Shown here in pieces: positions 19,809 to 30,036 of a stretch of DNA of 64,000 bases. The stretch is from Oceanispirochaeta sp. GTDB taxonomy: Bacteria > Spirochaetota > Spirochaetia > DSM-2461. Below the pieces are notes generated by a model. It had not been told where the DNA came from. It searched no databases and worked only from the letters and a program-made list of their open reading frames with translations. The translations under genes and the position numbers were made by a program. Each line of letters opens with the position of its first letter. Within the stretch, counting starts at the first letter, position 1. The stretch covers positions 352,001 through 416,000 of the forward strand of contig CAXXOA010000001.1 in assembly GCA_963666275.2 (NCBI GenBank). The letters are read 5' to 3'.

Positions 19809-20852
19809 TTATTCCCGTGACGGCAGATCAATGAACTGCCCGTAGGCCCATCCTATGGTATAATCGGCTGTTCTTAGCTTATACCAGGGATATTCGGCAT
19901 CGCCGATTGTCTGTTTTTCCACAGTCATATCCAGAAGCAGGACTTTCTCTCCCGCAGTCAGGTATCCAAGAGTGTCACAGGATAGATTGGGTTCTTCCCG
20001 GAGCCTTACCCGGGAATCATTGAGAGTGGCCCAGTGGGGGAAGCCCTTCATATATCTGTAGCCCTCATTTTCCCTGTATCTGTAAAAGGTCGATACCAGG
20101 ACAGAACTCTGTCCTTCCGGTCTGTTCAGATCCATGTCCAGAAGCATGCTCTCATGGATCTGCAGAATTTCATTGAAACCGTCCCTGTCCCGATCAAAAA
20201 AACGGAGAGAGCTGCTTTCTATATAGTCCTCTACAAGAACGCCCCCTCCGGACTCCCAGTAGGAGAGTTCTTCATTGAAAATATTGTCTTCCAGGCTGTA
20301 CCAGCTGACCGTGTTATACCCATAGCCGTCGGCGTAGTAGAAGCCTCCCATATACTCCCCTTGCAGGATCAGTTCTTTTTTCCCGTCTCCATTCCTGTCA
20401 TCCATTTCTCCCTGCAGCAGCCGGTTCAGACGGAAAAAGGAGGCGCCCTGTTCATATTCCAGAGGAACTTCCTTCAGAACCGTTCCGGTTTTATCCAGGA
20501 AAAGGAGATTATGATGTTCAAAATAATTGTCCCGGGCAAAAAAGGCTTCTGGAGTGTAGGCCGCGTAAATGGTTTCTGTTTCCGCCAGGATGGGAGAAAT
20601 ATCTCTGTGGGCAATTTCACACTCTCCCTTTTCTGAGGAGATTCTGAACAGCTTGAACGGTTCCTCTTCTCCCTGCCATTGTCCCTCTTCCAGAATGGAT
20701 ACTTTCTCACCCCGGGATAGCGCTATGTCTCTGCCCTCCGGGGTCTTCACAGTCATATTGTTCCGGATCAGTCCGAAATCTGCCGCAAAGGATGGAATGG
20801 CTGTGTACATGAGGAGGCAGAGAAAAGATAGCTGTTGAAGTTTTGTGTTCAT
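19809..20852 (-). CDS. Secreted protein with C-terminal bacterial SH3 domain
   Basis: Signal peptide (PSFA/A); LNDSRVRLREEPN...WYKLRTADYTIGWAYGQFI; two DxxGDG/DRDG Ca-binding-like loops. Confidence 0.8.
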   Translation of the reverse strand: MNTKLQQLSFLCLLMYTAIPSFAADFGLIRNNMTVKTPEGRDIALSRGEKVSILEEGQWQGEEEPFKLFRISSEKGECEIAHRDISPILAETETIYAAYTPEAFFARDNYFEHHNLLFLDKTGTVLKEVPLEYEQGASFFRLNRLLQGEMDDRNGDGKKELILQGEYMGGFYYADGYGYNTVSWYSLEDNIFNEELSYWESGGGVLVEDYIESSSLRFFDRDRDGFNEILQIHESMLLDMDLNRPEGQSSVLVSTFYRYRENEGYRYMKGFPHWATLNDSRVRLREEPNLSCDTLGYLTAGEKVLLLDMTVEKQTIGDAEYPWYKLRTADYTIGWAYGQFIDLPSRE

Positions 20853-21007
20853 AACTGTCAGGGCTCCTGAGAAAATCTGTCAGAAAACTGTATATCTGTT
20901 CACATATCACAGGATGTCTGCTATGATTTGTCACGTCTTTGAGAGAAACAATTGTTTTTTTATATCCCGGGAATCCTTCTCCCGGCAGCAGAAAGAGGTA
21001 TGTCACT

Positions 21008-22126
21008 ATGACGAAAGAACAGCCCCCGGAAGAGGTGGTTCCCCGGAATCCCTTCAGTCAATTTACCCGGAAGGACCATTTCATTCTGGTTCTCATTATT
21101 CAAGTCCTTCTGATGGGGGCATTTCTGTTTGAAACCTATCAGGCGCTCAAGATCGGAGATGAAGGGGTTGTGACGCTCTATCTGGTCTCCCTGGGGATTC
21201 TGGGGCTTGTGATTCCTTTCTTTTATACCAGAGCACGAAAGCTGAAACTCCGCATTGAAACCTGTGTTCTCGCTCTTGTCCCAGCCCTTGTGGTAATCCT
21301 CCTGTGGCTGGGGACTCTCTTTCTGAACGGCTATTTTCTGCCCGAAGAGAGGCTGTCCCGGGCAGTGAAAGACAAATCCCGGGTGAGAACGGAACACCTT
21401 CTGAGCCGCTATGATTACGAACAGGATCTTCTTCAGGACTATCTGCGCCTGGTGATCAGCAGCAGAAAGGTCAAACTTGTGGAACCCTTTGTGTTGGCCG
21501 GGGCGGATATCAATTTTCTTTATGAAGACGGAGAGACCCCCTACAGCCTGGGATACTTTGTCAGCTCCCGCCGGCAGCCGGAAGACAAGTTTCTTATGGA
21601 AGAGGAGCTCAAGCGCCTGGGGGCTCACACCTTTGCTATTGACGAAGACAGACGAAGCGACCTTCACGGGGCTGTAGCCCGGGGGGATCTGAAGGCCCTC
21701 GGGAACGCTCTGGCAGAAGGGATCATTCCCGTGGATTTTAAGGACCTTGAGGAGATGACTCCTCTTACGGAGGCTCTGATCCAGAAGGACCTGACAGCCT
21801 GGCAGATGCTTATCGAAGCGGGAGCTGACAGTGAGTTTCTATACCACGACCTTCCCCTGTCGGTCTGGGCTGCCGGGAAGGATCTGGAACCGGATTTCCT
21901 GAGCTATGCCCTGGAACATGGAGCCTATGACGGAGCCCGAAAAGAGAACTTTACCTACAGGGAGAGCCCCCTGGCCATGGCAATCCTGGCGGACAACCGG
22001 GAGGTGATGGACTATCTCTTTTCCCGGGGGGCCTACTTTGACCCGGACGAGTTTGCTCCTGTCCTGAACAGCGTGGATCCTGAGGCTGCCGCCTATGTAT
22101 CCCGGCTCTATGGTCTTGCACCCTAG
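21008..22126 (+). CDS. 3-TM-anchored ankyrin repeat protein
   Basis: Three TM helices, then GADIN, SDLHGAV, TPLTEAL, SPLAMAI repeats; AGAGGT RBS before ATG 21008. Confidence 0.85.
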   Translation: MTKEQPPEEVVPRNPFSQFTRKDHFILVLIIQVLLMGAFLFETYQALKIGDEGVVTLYLVSLGILGLVIPFFYTRARKLKLRIETCVLALVPALVVILLWLGTLFLNGYFLPEERLSRAVKDKSRVRTEHLLSRYDYEQDLLQDYLRLVISSRKVKLVEPFVLAGADINFLYEDGETPYSLGYFVSSRRQPEDKFLMEEELKRLGAHTFAIDEDRRSDLHGAVARGDLKALGNALAEGIIPVDFKDLEEMTPLTEALIQKDLTAWQMLIEAGADSEFLYHDLPLSVWAAGKDLEPDFLSYALEHGAYDGARKENFTYRESPLAMAILADNREVMDYLFSRGAYFDPDEFAPVLNSVDPEAAAYVSRLYGLAP

Positions 22127-22225
22127 GCTATAAGATTTCCCGAAACAATCCGTTCCAGATCATATTCCTCCGTGGGAGATCAGGGGGATGGACGTTTTAA
22201 TGCTGAGGAAGGAAGTCTCATCTAT

Positions 22226-23407
22226 CTACTGATCCTCAGGAAGATAGGTAAAGCCCAGATTCAGTTCCATCAGATTCAATTCATCAGAGCCATAGGCCAG
22301 TTTATACTCTCCTGCGGGTATATCCGATCCCATATGAATTTCCAGATTGAAACGCCCGTCCCCTTCAGGAATTACCCGGGTGGCCAGCAGAGGTTTCAAC
22401 AGAAAAGACAGATCATCATTCTGTTCATTGGTCCTGTTATAGATCACCAGATTGACAGGTTCGTCAGAGGGATCAAGCCGTCCATAGAGATAGAGGGACT
22501 CTCCAGGTTTCACTACGCCCCATGAGCTGAAGTAGAAGGGATCGGGATCCTTGAGAGAAGAGAAGCTGAACTTGTCGGGTCTTATATCTTTTTCGTACTC
22601 TCCGATCAGCCTGTCACCCTGGCTTATCCTGAAATGCCATACACCGGCGGGGAAAGCCGCACTGTTATGAAAAGTGAAATCCAGGCAGGGCGCCGGGAAT
22701 TGCTCCCCCGTTTCATAGTCCTCTCTTCTGAATCCGAAGGAACGTGTGTGATCACTTCCCAAATACTGCCGGAATATCCTCCCTTCCGGATCTTCGGCTT
22801 CCACAAGGATTTCATGGGGTTCCATATCATCGGGCCAGAAGAGGAGCAGACTGTCGTTCATGCTGTCAAAGATTATTTCATCAGGACCCTTCGGAACCGG
22901 AGAGGGTGGATCAAAACCGTATATCTTCATTTTCAGATCCGGAAACCCCTCAGGGTCCAGGACTATTGTATCGCGTATTGTAGTCGGGGTATCCGGATTG
23001 GGATTCCAGGGGGCCGTATAGCCGCCGTAAATCCAGCCCTCCAGCCCGTATTCCCTCAGGGAGGTGACTTTGTACCAGTAGGCAGACATCCCGTCGATAT
23101 CCTCTTTTTTCCGGCTCTGTTCGAGAACCCTCAAGACCGCTCCAGCCGGGAGGTGCCGCAGGACCGTTCCCTTCAGGCCGAATTCGGAGCGCATCCTCAG
23201 GCCCCCGCTAGTAATCTGAATAAACTCCGGAGGGAGTTCCCGGGGAGCCGGAGCCGCCTCTTCCACAGTAGAATCCTCTCGGGAGACTGCGGTGGGGGCA
23301 GTTTTCTCTGTTTCAGAAGGGCTCTCATTCGCCTGAATCTTCTGATCGCTGCATCCTGTCAACAGGAGAATTATCAATATAACGCCTCCCCAGCTGATCC
23401 TCTTCAT
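22226..23407 (-). CDS. Lipoprotein with bacterial SH3 domain
   Basis: Lipobox LLLTGC; GLRMRS...IDGMSAYWYKV...EGWIYGGY. Confidence 0.82.
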   Translation of the reverse strand: MKRISWGGVILIILLLTGCSDQKIQANESPSETEKTAPTAVSREDSTVEEAAPAPRELPPEFIQITSGGLRMRSEFGLKGTVLRHLPAGAVLRVLEQSRKKEDIDGMSAYWYKVTSLREYGLEGWIYGGYTAPWNPNPDTPTTIRDTIVLDPEGFPDLKMKIYGFDPPSPVPKGPDEIIFDSMNDSLLLFWPDDMEPHEILVEAEDPEGRIFRQYLGSDHTRSFGFRREDYETGEQFPAPCLDFTFHNSAAFPAGVWHFRISQGDRLIGEYEKDIRPDKFSFSSLKDPDPFYFSSWGVVKPGESLYLYGRLDPSDEPVNLVIYNRTNEQNDDLSFLLKPLLATRVIPEGDGRFNLEIHMGSDIPAGEYKLAYGSDELNLMELNLGFTYLPEDQ

Positions 23408-23640
23408 TCTATTCTCCTTTTGCTGCGGGATCTCCTGGAAGTCACTATTCCTCCCTGTCAGACGGGAAGCTGTTTGCTTATGAAGAATCCTTTCAATCCT
23501 GATGTGCCAGTTTATTATTCAATCAGGATCGGATAAATCGTAGGGATTGTCAACATATGTTAGCGATTGTTTCTCTTGCGGGCCGCCTCACTATCCTGCT
23601 AGGATATTCAGGGTTATAGCCTGAAACGGGAGGAGAGGAA

Positions 23641-24519
23641 ATGCGTCAGCTGGGGGAACAGACCTGGGTTCTGGAAGGGCCTACCAATATCGGTTTTATT
23701 GTCAGGAATAGAGATGTCCTTCTCATCGACAGCGGCAACGACAAAGAGGCGGGACGGAGGATCAACAAGGTTCTGAAAGAGAAGGACTGGACTCTCAAAG
23801 GCCTGATCAATACCCACTCCAATGCAGACCATATCGGAGGGAACGACTACTTTCAGCGGAACCTGAACTGCCCGGTTTATGCGCCGGTGCTGGAATACTG
23901 TTTTATCGAACACCCCGAGCTGGAGGCTGCCTTCCTCTGGGGGGGATACGCCGTAAAGGATCTGCGCAGCAAATTCTTTCAGGCCAGACCCTCGAGGGTG
24001 ACCGGGTTTCTCTCTCCCGGTGATGACAGGGGGCTGGGGCTGGAGATCCTCTCTCTGAAGGGGCACTTCTTCAATATGATCGGCATCCGGACTCCCGATG
24101 ATGTGCTCTTTCTGGGGGACTGCCTCTTCGGCAGCGCCATTCTGGAGAAGTACGGGATTCCCTTTATTTACGATGTTGCGGCTTACAAACAGACCATACA
24201 GGATGTCAGGGAGCTGGAAGCCCGGTACTATGTGCCTTCCCACGGCCCGGCGGAAGAAGAGATTGATCCTCTGGCACAAAACAATCTTGCCATGGTGTCG
24301 GCTATTGAGTCCCAGGTAAAGAATATTCTCTCGGGCCCTGGAAAAACCTTTGACAGGATCCTCAAGGATATCTGCGACCTCAGGGGAATTGTCCTGAATG
24401 CGGGACAGTACGCCCTTGTCGGGTCTACGATCCGATCCTTTCTGACCTATCTGAACGACAGGGGAGAGGTCCGGTTTGATTTTACTGAGAACAGGATGCT
24501 CTGGAGCCTGTCAAACTGA
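23641..24519 (+). CDS. MBL-fold metallo-hydrolase
   Basis: LIDSG, THSNADHIGG, GH, GD and PSHG motifs; GGAGG RBS. Confidence 0.9.
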   Translation: MRQLGEQTWVLEGPTNIGFIVRNRDVLLIDSGNDKEAGRRINKVLKEKDWTLKGLINTHSNADHIGGNDYFQRNLNCPVYAPVLEYCFIEHPELEAAFLWGGYAVKDLRSKFFQARPSRVTGFLSPGDDRGLGLEILSLKGHFFNMIGIRTPDDVLFLGDCLFGSAILEKYGIPFIYDVAAYKQTIQDVRELEARYYVPSHGPAEEEIDPLAQNNLAMVSAIESQVKNILSGPGKTFDRILKDICDLRGIVLNAGQYALVGSTIRSFLTYLNDRGEVRFDFTENRMLWSLSN

Positions 24520-24629
24520 GGCTGCTGGCAAAGAGTAAACGCAATTTTACAGAATCTCTTGAAGCGCATAATCATCTCCTGTACACTCATACGTAAATTT
24601 TAATTTACTTAAAAAGCGTGGACCCCCCA

Positions 24630-27600
24630 ATGAACAGAATTTTCCGGATTCTTCTTTTATTTCTGATGCCTGTTTCTGCCATGGCCCTGGATTCTCAGGA
24701 TCTTTACAGGCAGTTTGACTTTCACTATGCCGTGGCCCGGGAGGATATAGCAGAGGCAGAACGTCTTCTGAAAGAGGGGGCGGACCCGAATATTCTTCCC
24801 TCCGATCTACTTGCTTCAGAGCTGGGCGAGGACTACTGGTACTCCTTTAATTCGGTGATGGAAAAATCCCCCCTGGCCGTGGCCCTGAGGGCGGGGAATA
24901 CCCCGCTGGTGGAGATGCTCCTGCAGTACGGCGCTGATGGGGCAGCCAACAGAAATACCCTGGAAGCCGCCATGGACCGGGGTTTTCCGGATCTGGCTCT
25001 GGAGAGTCTGAATCATCTGGTTGAAAAGAACCGGGGGAACCTTCCCGAAGAGTACCTGGGGGGGGATCATCCACTTATAATAAAAGCCGCCCGGAACGGA
25101 CAGGGGGAACTGGTGAGATTTTTCCTGGACCATGGTGAATCCCTTTCGGTCAGCGAAGACTACGGACTGGACCTCTTTTTCACGGCTATACAGGGAAATC
25201 TGCCGGGCATTGTTCAGAGGTTTCTGGATCAGGGGCGGGATGTCAATTCTGTCTCTCCCTTTGATCAGACCGCTCTGGATATGGCTGTCCGATGGGGCAG
25301 CCGGGAGGTGGTGCTTCTGCTGCTGGAGAGGGGCGTGGATTACGAGGCCGATTCCCTTTCCCGGCTCTGTGTTTATGCAGGGCTCTTTGATATAACCGAG
25401 AAAATATACTCTGACCATCCTGAGGTCAACTATGACTATACCAAGGCCCTCTGGAATGCGGCTTTGCAGGGGGATCCTGAAATCATTGCCTATTACAGGG
25501 ACCGGGCCGGTGATGAAATTCTGGACTTTCAGTACAAGGGAAGGAATTTCCTCCACACGGCCGCAACCGGGGGAGACCTTTCCTTCATAAAAGACATTGT
25601 GGACTCCCGGCGCCTGGATCCTCTGGAAGTGACCGATGTAGCCTCCCCGGCCTATACGGCGGCTACACACTCCCGTAATCCCGAAGCGGTGAGGTATTTC
25701 CTCTCTCTGGGATGGGATCCTGACGAAGTCTCCCATGACAATACAGCTCTTGCCTCCCTTGTATTTCAGGACGACGATGAAGCGTCTCTGGAGATCATCA
25801 GAATCCTTCTGGATGCCGGAGCGGATCCCCTCTTCAGAATAGATGCAGACTCTGTCAGGAGCGATGCTCCCCTGAGTAAAGCTTTAGGCTATGGAAAGGC
25901 CCGGATCCTGGAGCTCTTTCTGGAAAAGGAAGCCGTCCGGGAGTATCTGCAGGAGGGGAAGAAGGTCTCCCGTCCCCTGTTTGGCAAGGAAAGCACTCTG
26001 GATGAACTGATTAAATCGGACTACGGGTATTTTCACAGGGACTATCTGGATTCCTGCCGCCTTATGCTTGAAACAGGGGCGGATCTGGGAAGTGATTACA
26101 GCGGCCGGTCCCGCATGACCGAAATGGTTCTGTTCCGGGATCTGACCCTTTTCTCTCTTTTTCTGGAATATGCGGACCGCCCGGGAGTCCGGGAGGGGCT
26201 GCAGCAGTCCATGATCCTGGCTGCCGGAATGGGTCGGCTGCGGTTCCTTGATATGGTGCTTCAGACCGGCATTTCTCCGGACTTCACTTTCAAAAACTAC
26301 TCCCCCCTGGGCTCGGCGGTGGAAACGGGAATGACAGACGCCGTCAGGATGCTTCTGGAGGCCGGGGCTGATCCGAACAGGCGCAGTACAGACAATAAAC
26401 TTCCCCTGGAACTCCTGGAGGAAAACTCCGATGAAATCCGGGAAGTCCTTATCAGCTACGGTGCTGAAGATCCGGCGGCCCTTCCCTTCGGAGCGGAGGA
26501 TCTCATTTTAGCCGCCCGGAAAGGTGACCTGGAAAAGACAGCCCGTCTGATTGCGCTGGGGGCCGATGTGAATGCCTTCGGTGAGGAGGAGCTTGTCCCT
26601 CTTGAGATTGCCGCTGCCAATGGAAACAGGGCGCTGGCGGAGCTGCTCATCGAAAACGGCGCTTCCCTGAATGCTGTGGGGGACAGGTTCATCCATCTCC
26701 TGGAGAAGTCATTTATAAACCGTCACTACGATATGTACCGGTATCTCCTTACCAAAGGGGCCAGTCCGCTGGAGGAGAACTCCGAAAACAGCACCCTCAT
26801 GTACAATGTGATCCGTTCGGGGAATTTTCCTCTCATAGAGGATACGGTAAACGCCATGACTCCCGGGGAGCGGGAGAGGATATTCAGTATCTCCCTGGGC
26901 GACAGGGGAACGCTCCTTCACATCGCCGCCTTTGCGGGAACCTATGAGACCCTGAATTTTTTTATAGGCCTGGGATATCCTGTGGATGTGCACAGCGAAA
27001 ACGGCGATACCCCTCTGATCGATGCGGCTTCCCGGGGACATCTCCCCATGGTGGAGCTGCTTCTCGAGGCCGGGGCTGATCCTGATTTTCGGGGGAGTGA
27101 AAGGAATCGTCTCTATACCCCTCTTATGGCGGCAGCCTCCGCCGGCAGTTCACCCTGTGTGAAGAGGCTCCTTGACGCCGGAGCCGATCCTTCGGTGGTG
27201 AATAAAAACGGAGAAAATGCCAGGGATCTGGCATCGGGAGCCATGATTGTCTCGCTTCTGAACGAAGCCGGGGTTAAAGGCAACGTAGATCTGAACAGAG
27301 CCCTTGTGAACGGCGTCTCCTATTACGATTATGATGCTGTTCTGGAGGCCCTTGAGGAGGGAGCGGATCCTGATACTCTCTGGACTGACGGTTATCCTGT
27401 TCTCCTGACTGCGGTCAGCATGGGTATGTCCATGGTCAGCGAACCGGCTTTCCTTATCGTAGAGGCCCTCCTGGCGGCAGGGGCTGATCCCAATGCCCGG
27501 AGCCGGAACGGAAGTACGGCCCTTTTTAAAGCCAGTGCCTCTTTCCGTGGAGTGGAACTGGGGCTTCTCCTGCTCAGGTACGGCGCCGATCCCTCTCTGG

Positions 27601-28010
27601 AAAATCAGTTCGGGAAAACAGCCTATCAGGAGGAACCGGGTGAAAATAACAGCATCATGCTGCGGTTCTATCATGCCATCCTGGAGGGAAACCTGGCAGA
27701 ATGCCGGAATCTGAGGGCAGAGTTTCCCGATTTTGATCTGAACTACGCAGACGTCTGGGGACGGACCCTTCTGATGCTGGCCTTTGAGGAGGAACAGGTC
27801 GGGATAGCGGAATTCCTGATAGCGGAAGGAGCTGATACGGCCATCAAAAGCCGTATCTTCCCGGGGTATCTGTCAGATATTTTTCCCGATGATCCGCTGC
27901 CGGAGAAGCTGAGCCGGTCCGGGACTATCACTCTGGAGATCCTGGCGCGATTCAATGAGACCGGTGAGCTGAAGGAGCTGCTGGAGGGAGCCCGGGGGGC
28001 GGACCGGTGA
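24630..28010 (+). CDS. Large secreted ankyrin repeat protein
   Basis: Signal peptide (SAMA/L); many TPL/TAL...LL..GADP(N) repeats over about 1100 aa. Confidence 0.92.
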   Translation: MNRIFRILLLFLMPVSAMALDSQDLYRQFDFHYAVAREDIAEAERLLKEGADPNILPSDLLASELGEDYWYSFNSVMEKSPLAVALRAGNTPLVEMLLQYGADGAANRNTLEAAMDRGFPDLALESLNHLVEKNRGNLPEEYLGGDHPLIIKAARNGQGELVRFFLDHGESLSVSEDYGLDLFFTAIQGNLPGIVQRFLDQGRDVNSVSPFDQTALDMAVRWGSREVVLLLLERGVDYEADSLSRLCVYAGLFDITEKIYSDHPEVNYDYTKALWNAALQGDPEIIAYYRDRAGDEILDFQYKGRNFLHTAATGGDLSFIKDIVDSRRLDPLEVTDVASPAYTAATHSRNPEAVRYFLSLGWDPDEVSHDNTALASLVFQDDDEASLEIIRILLDAGADPLFRIDADSVRSDAPLSKALGYGKARILELFLEKEAVREYLQEGKKVSRPLFGKESTLDELIKSDYGYFHRDYLDSCRLMLETGADLGSDYSGRSRMTEMVLFRDLTLFSLFLEYADRPGVREGLQQSMILAAGMGRLRFLDMVLQTGISPDFTFKNYSPLGSAVETGMTDAVRMLLEAGADPNRRSTDNKLPLELLEENSDEIREVLISYGAEDPAALPFGAEDLILAARKGDLEKTARLIALGADVNAFGEEELVPLEIAAANGNRALAELLIENGASLNAVGDRFIHLLEKSFINRHYDMYRYLLTKGASPLEENSENSTLMYNVIRSGNFPLIEDTVNAMTPGERERIFSISLGDRGTLLHIAAFAGTYETLNFFIGLGYPVDVHSENGDTPLIDAASRGHLPMVELLLEAGADPDFRGSERNRLYTPLMAAASAGSSPCVKRLLDAGADPSVVNKNGENARDLASGAMIVSLLNEAGVKGNVDLNRALVNGVSYYDYDAVLEALEEGADPDTLWTDGYPVLLTAVSMGMSMVSEPAFLIVEALLAAGADPNARSRNGSTALFKASASFRGVELGLLLLRYGADPSLENQFGKTAYQEEPGENNSIMLRFYHAILEGNLAECRNLRAEFPDFDLNYADVWGRTLLMLAFEEEQVGIAEFLIAEGADTAIKSRIFPGYLSDIFPDDPLPEKLSRSGTITLEILARFNETGELKELLEGARGADR

Positions 28011-29401
28011 TAAAACGATTCTTCTCTCTTATTATTTTTCTCATTCTCCTGTCAGATCTTTTCTCCTATGATCTGAGAAAAGATTTCGGCCGGCATTATG
28101 GAGAGGATGATCTGTTTCAGGCGGTTTACAGCATTGATGATTACAGGAATGACTGGAAGCGGAAAGAGCTGTTCCGTTTCTTTAACGATCAGACTCTCCA
28201 GCCTGAATCTCTGGATTCTGACGTGACAGTGACCGATCTTGTTCCCATGTCCCCGCAGGAGCGGCGGATACTCAGGAACGCCTACTATGCCCGCAGGGGG
28301 TACAGGTTCAGATCCCCCGAGCTGACAGAGTATTTTTCAGCCTTTGAATGGTACAGTCCCGTCACTTCAGATCCCGGAGAGATAGAGAAAGGGTTCAGTG
28401 ACAGGGAGAAGGCCAATATAGAGCTGATCCGGAAGGTGGAAGCCGATCCGGAGATTTATGACCCTGAGGTTCTCTATGCTGCAGTCAATAACCGGGATCT
28501 CTACACCTTGGAGCATTATACCGCCCGGGGGGGAACCTTCGATTTTGTTTTCAGAAATACAACACCCCTCCTGAACTTCCTGGATCCCGATCAGTTTCAT
28601 ACTGTTGCCGGGGACTCCCGGATGACAGGCGACGGGGTGATCGATCCTGTAGAGGGGGAGGTTATCCGTTTTCTCCTGGAACACGGGGCCCAGGCGGATT
28701 ACAATCCCAACCATGCGGGCTGGTCTCCCTGGTTCCTTATCTTTCTGAATCAGCTGGTCCGGGGAGATGGTGATTATACTCTACTGGAATGGATCCTCCG
28801 CCGGCAGCCCTCTCTGATGGAAGAGACTGAGGTGTTCAATTCGGAAATCTACACTACAGGCATGGGGAATGTTTTTCATTCTCCCCTGACAGTTGCCGCC
28901 GGATTCGGCGATACCGGGGTTATTGAACTTTTTTTCAGCCTGAAAACAGACCTGGATCCGCAGAGCATCTGGAATGAAGGACGGTTGAATGAGGCCCTGC
29001 TAAAGGCTGACTTTTACGATGAATCGGGAGCAATGGAGTTGCTTCTGAAAGCCGGGGCGGATCCGGGAAAGTCCCTGTTTAAAGAGAGACTGAAATACTT
29101 TTCCCCTGGACGGGATCTTCCCTTTCTGGAGCTCCTGGCGGCTTATGCTGACCACGGGGTGCTTCAGTCGGCTCTGGCCCTGGGAGCCTTTTACGGGGCC
29201 CGGGAGTTTCTGGAATCTCTCCGGATCTATCCGCTGAATCCGGATGCTCCGGAGTGGGTGGAAACGGGATGGACCACGGGAAAGGAGGCCGATCCCAATG
29301 CGGGGTACTCGGAAATCAGCGCCCTGGAGGCGGATCTTCAGTATCAGAAAGGAGCCAACAGGGATCTGCTCCTGCAGTTCCGGAGTTCCTCTGGAGAATA
29401 G
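28007..29401 (+). CDS. Secreted YARHG domain plus ankyrin repeat protein
   Basis: Signal peptide; ILRNAYYARRGYRFRSPELTEYF...WY; TPLL, SPLTVAA and LLLKAGADP; 4-bp overlap with the upstream gene. Confidence 0.85.
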   Translation: MIKRFFSLIIFLILLSDLFSYDLRKDFGRHYGEDDLFQAVYSIDDYRNDWKRKELFRFFNDQTLQPESLDSDVTVTDLVPMSPQERRILRNAYYARRGYRFRSPELTEYFSAFEWYSPVTSDPGEIEKGFSDREKANIELIRKVEADPEIYDPEVLYAAVNNRDLYTLEHYTARGGTFDFVFRNTTPLLNFLDPDQFHTVAGDSRMTGDGVIDPVEGEVIRFLLEHGAQADYNPNHAGWSPWFLIFLNQLVRGDGDYTLLEWILRRQPSLMEETEVFNSEIYTTGMGNVFHSPLTVAAGFGDTGVIELFFSLKTDLDPQSIWNEGRLNEALLKADFYDESGAMELLLKAGADPGKSLFKERLKYFSPGRDLPFLELLAAYADHGVLQSALALGAFYGAREFLESLRIYPLNPDAPEWVETGWTTGKEADPNAGYSEISALEADLQYQKGANRDLLLQFRSSSGE

Positions 29402-29578
29402 GGTTTCTCAAATTCTGGCAGTTTGCTTTTCTCCTTAAACTCCATCTGCAGGAGCTGTCCTTCCGGGGTTCCGGGATCTTACCCTTTCTGATAAAAATAA
29501 GAGACGGTGCGGGGCAACCCTGTCATGGTATTCGTTTCCCCACCGGTATATAAATAAAACTGAGAGGCCCTATTTCCT

Positions 29579-30031
29579 ATGTTATTTGTTTTTGATCTGG
29601 ACTTTACCCTCTGGGACTGCGGGGGTACCTGGTGCGACTGTACCTCTCCCCCCTACAGGGTCGACAGAGGCCGGGTGCTGGACCGCTCGGGCCGGCATAT
29701 CACCCTCTACCCCGATGTCCCTGAGATTCTGCAGACCCTGACAGACCATGGCCATCAGCTGGCGGCGGCCTCCCGGACCCACGAACCCGCCTGGGCCCGG
29801 CAGCTCCTGGCCCTTCTGGAGGTGGATCCTCTGTTTCACTACAAAGAGATCTACCCGGGGCCGAAACATCCCCATTTCAGAAGCCTGAAAAAGAAGAGCG
29901 GCCTGGCCTATGAGGATATGGTTTTCTTTGATGACGAGGAGCGGAACATCGAAGATATCAGCCCCCTGGGGGTGCAGGCCGTGTATGTGTACCAGGGAGT
30001 GGACTGGTCCCATGTTAAACCCTTCCTGTAA
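29579..30031 (+). CDS. Magnesium-dependent phosphatase-1 (HAD IIIC) family
   Basis: VFDLDFTLWD, AASRT, EIYPGPK and FFDDEERNI motifs. Confidence 0.88.
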   Translation: MLFVFDLDFTLWDCGGTWCDCTSPPYRVDRGRVLDRSGRHITLYPDVPEILQTLTDHGHQLAAASRTHEPAWARQLLALLEVDPLFHYKEIYPGPKHPHFRSLKKKSGLAYEDMVFFDDEERNIEDISPLGVQAVYVYQGVDWSHVKPFL

Positions 30032-30036
30032 TCAGG

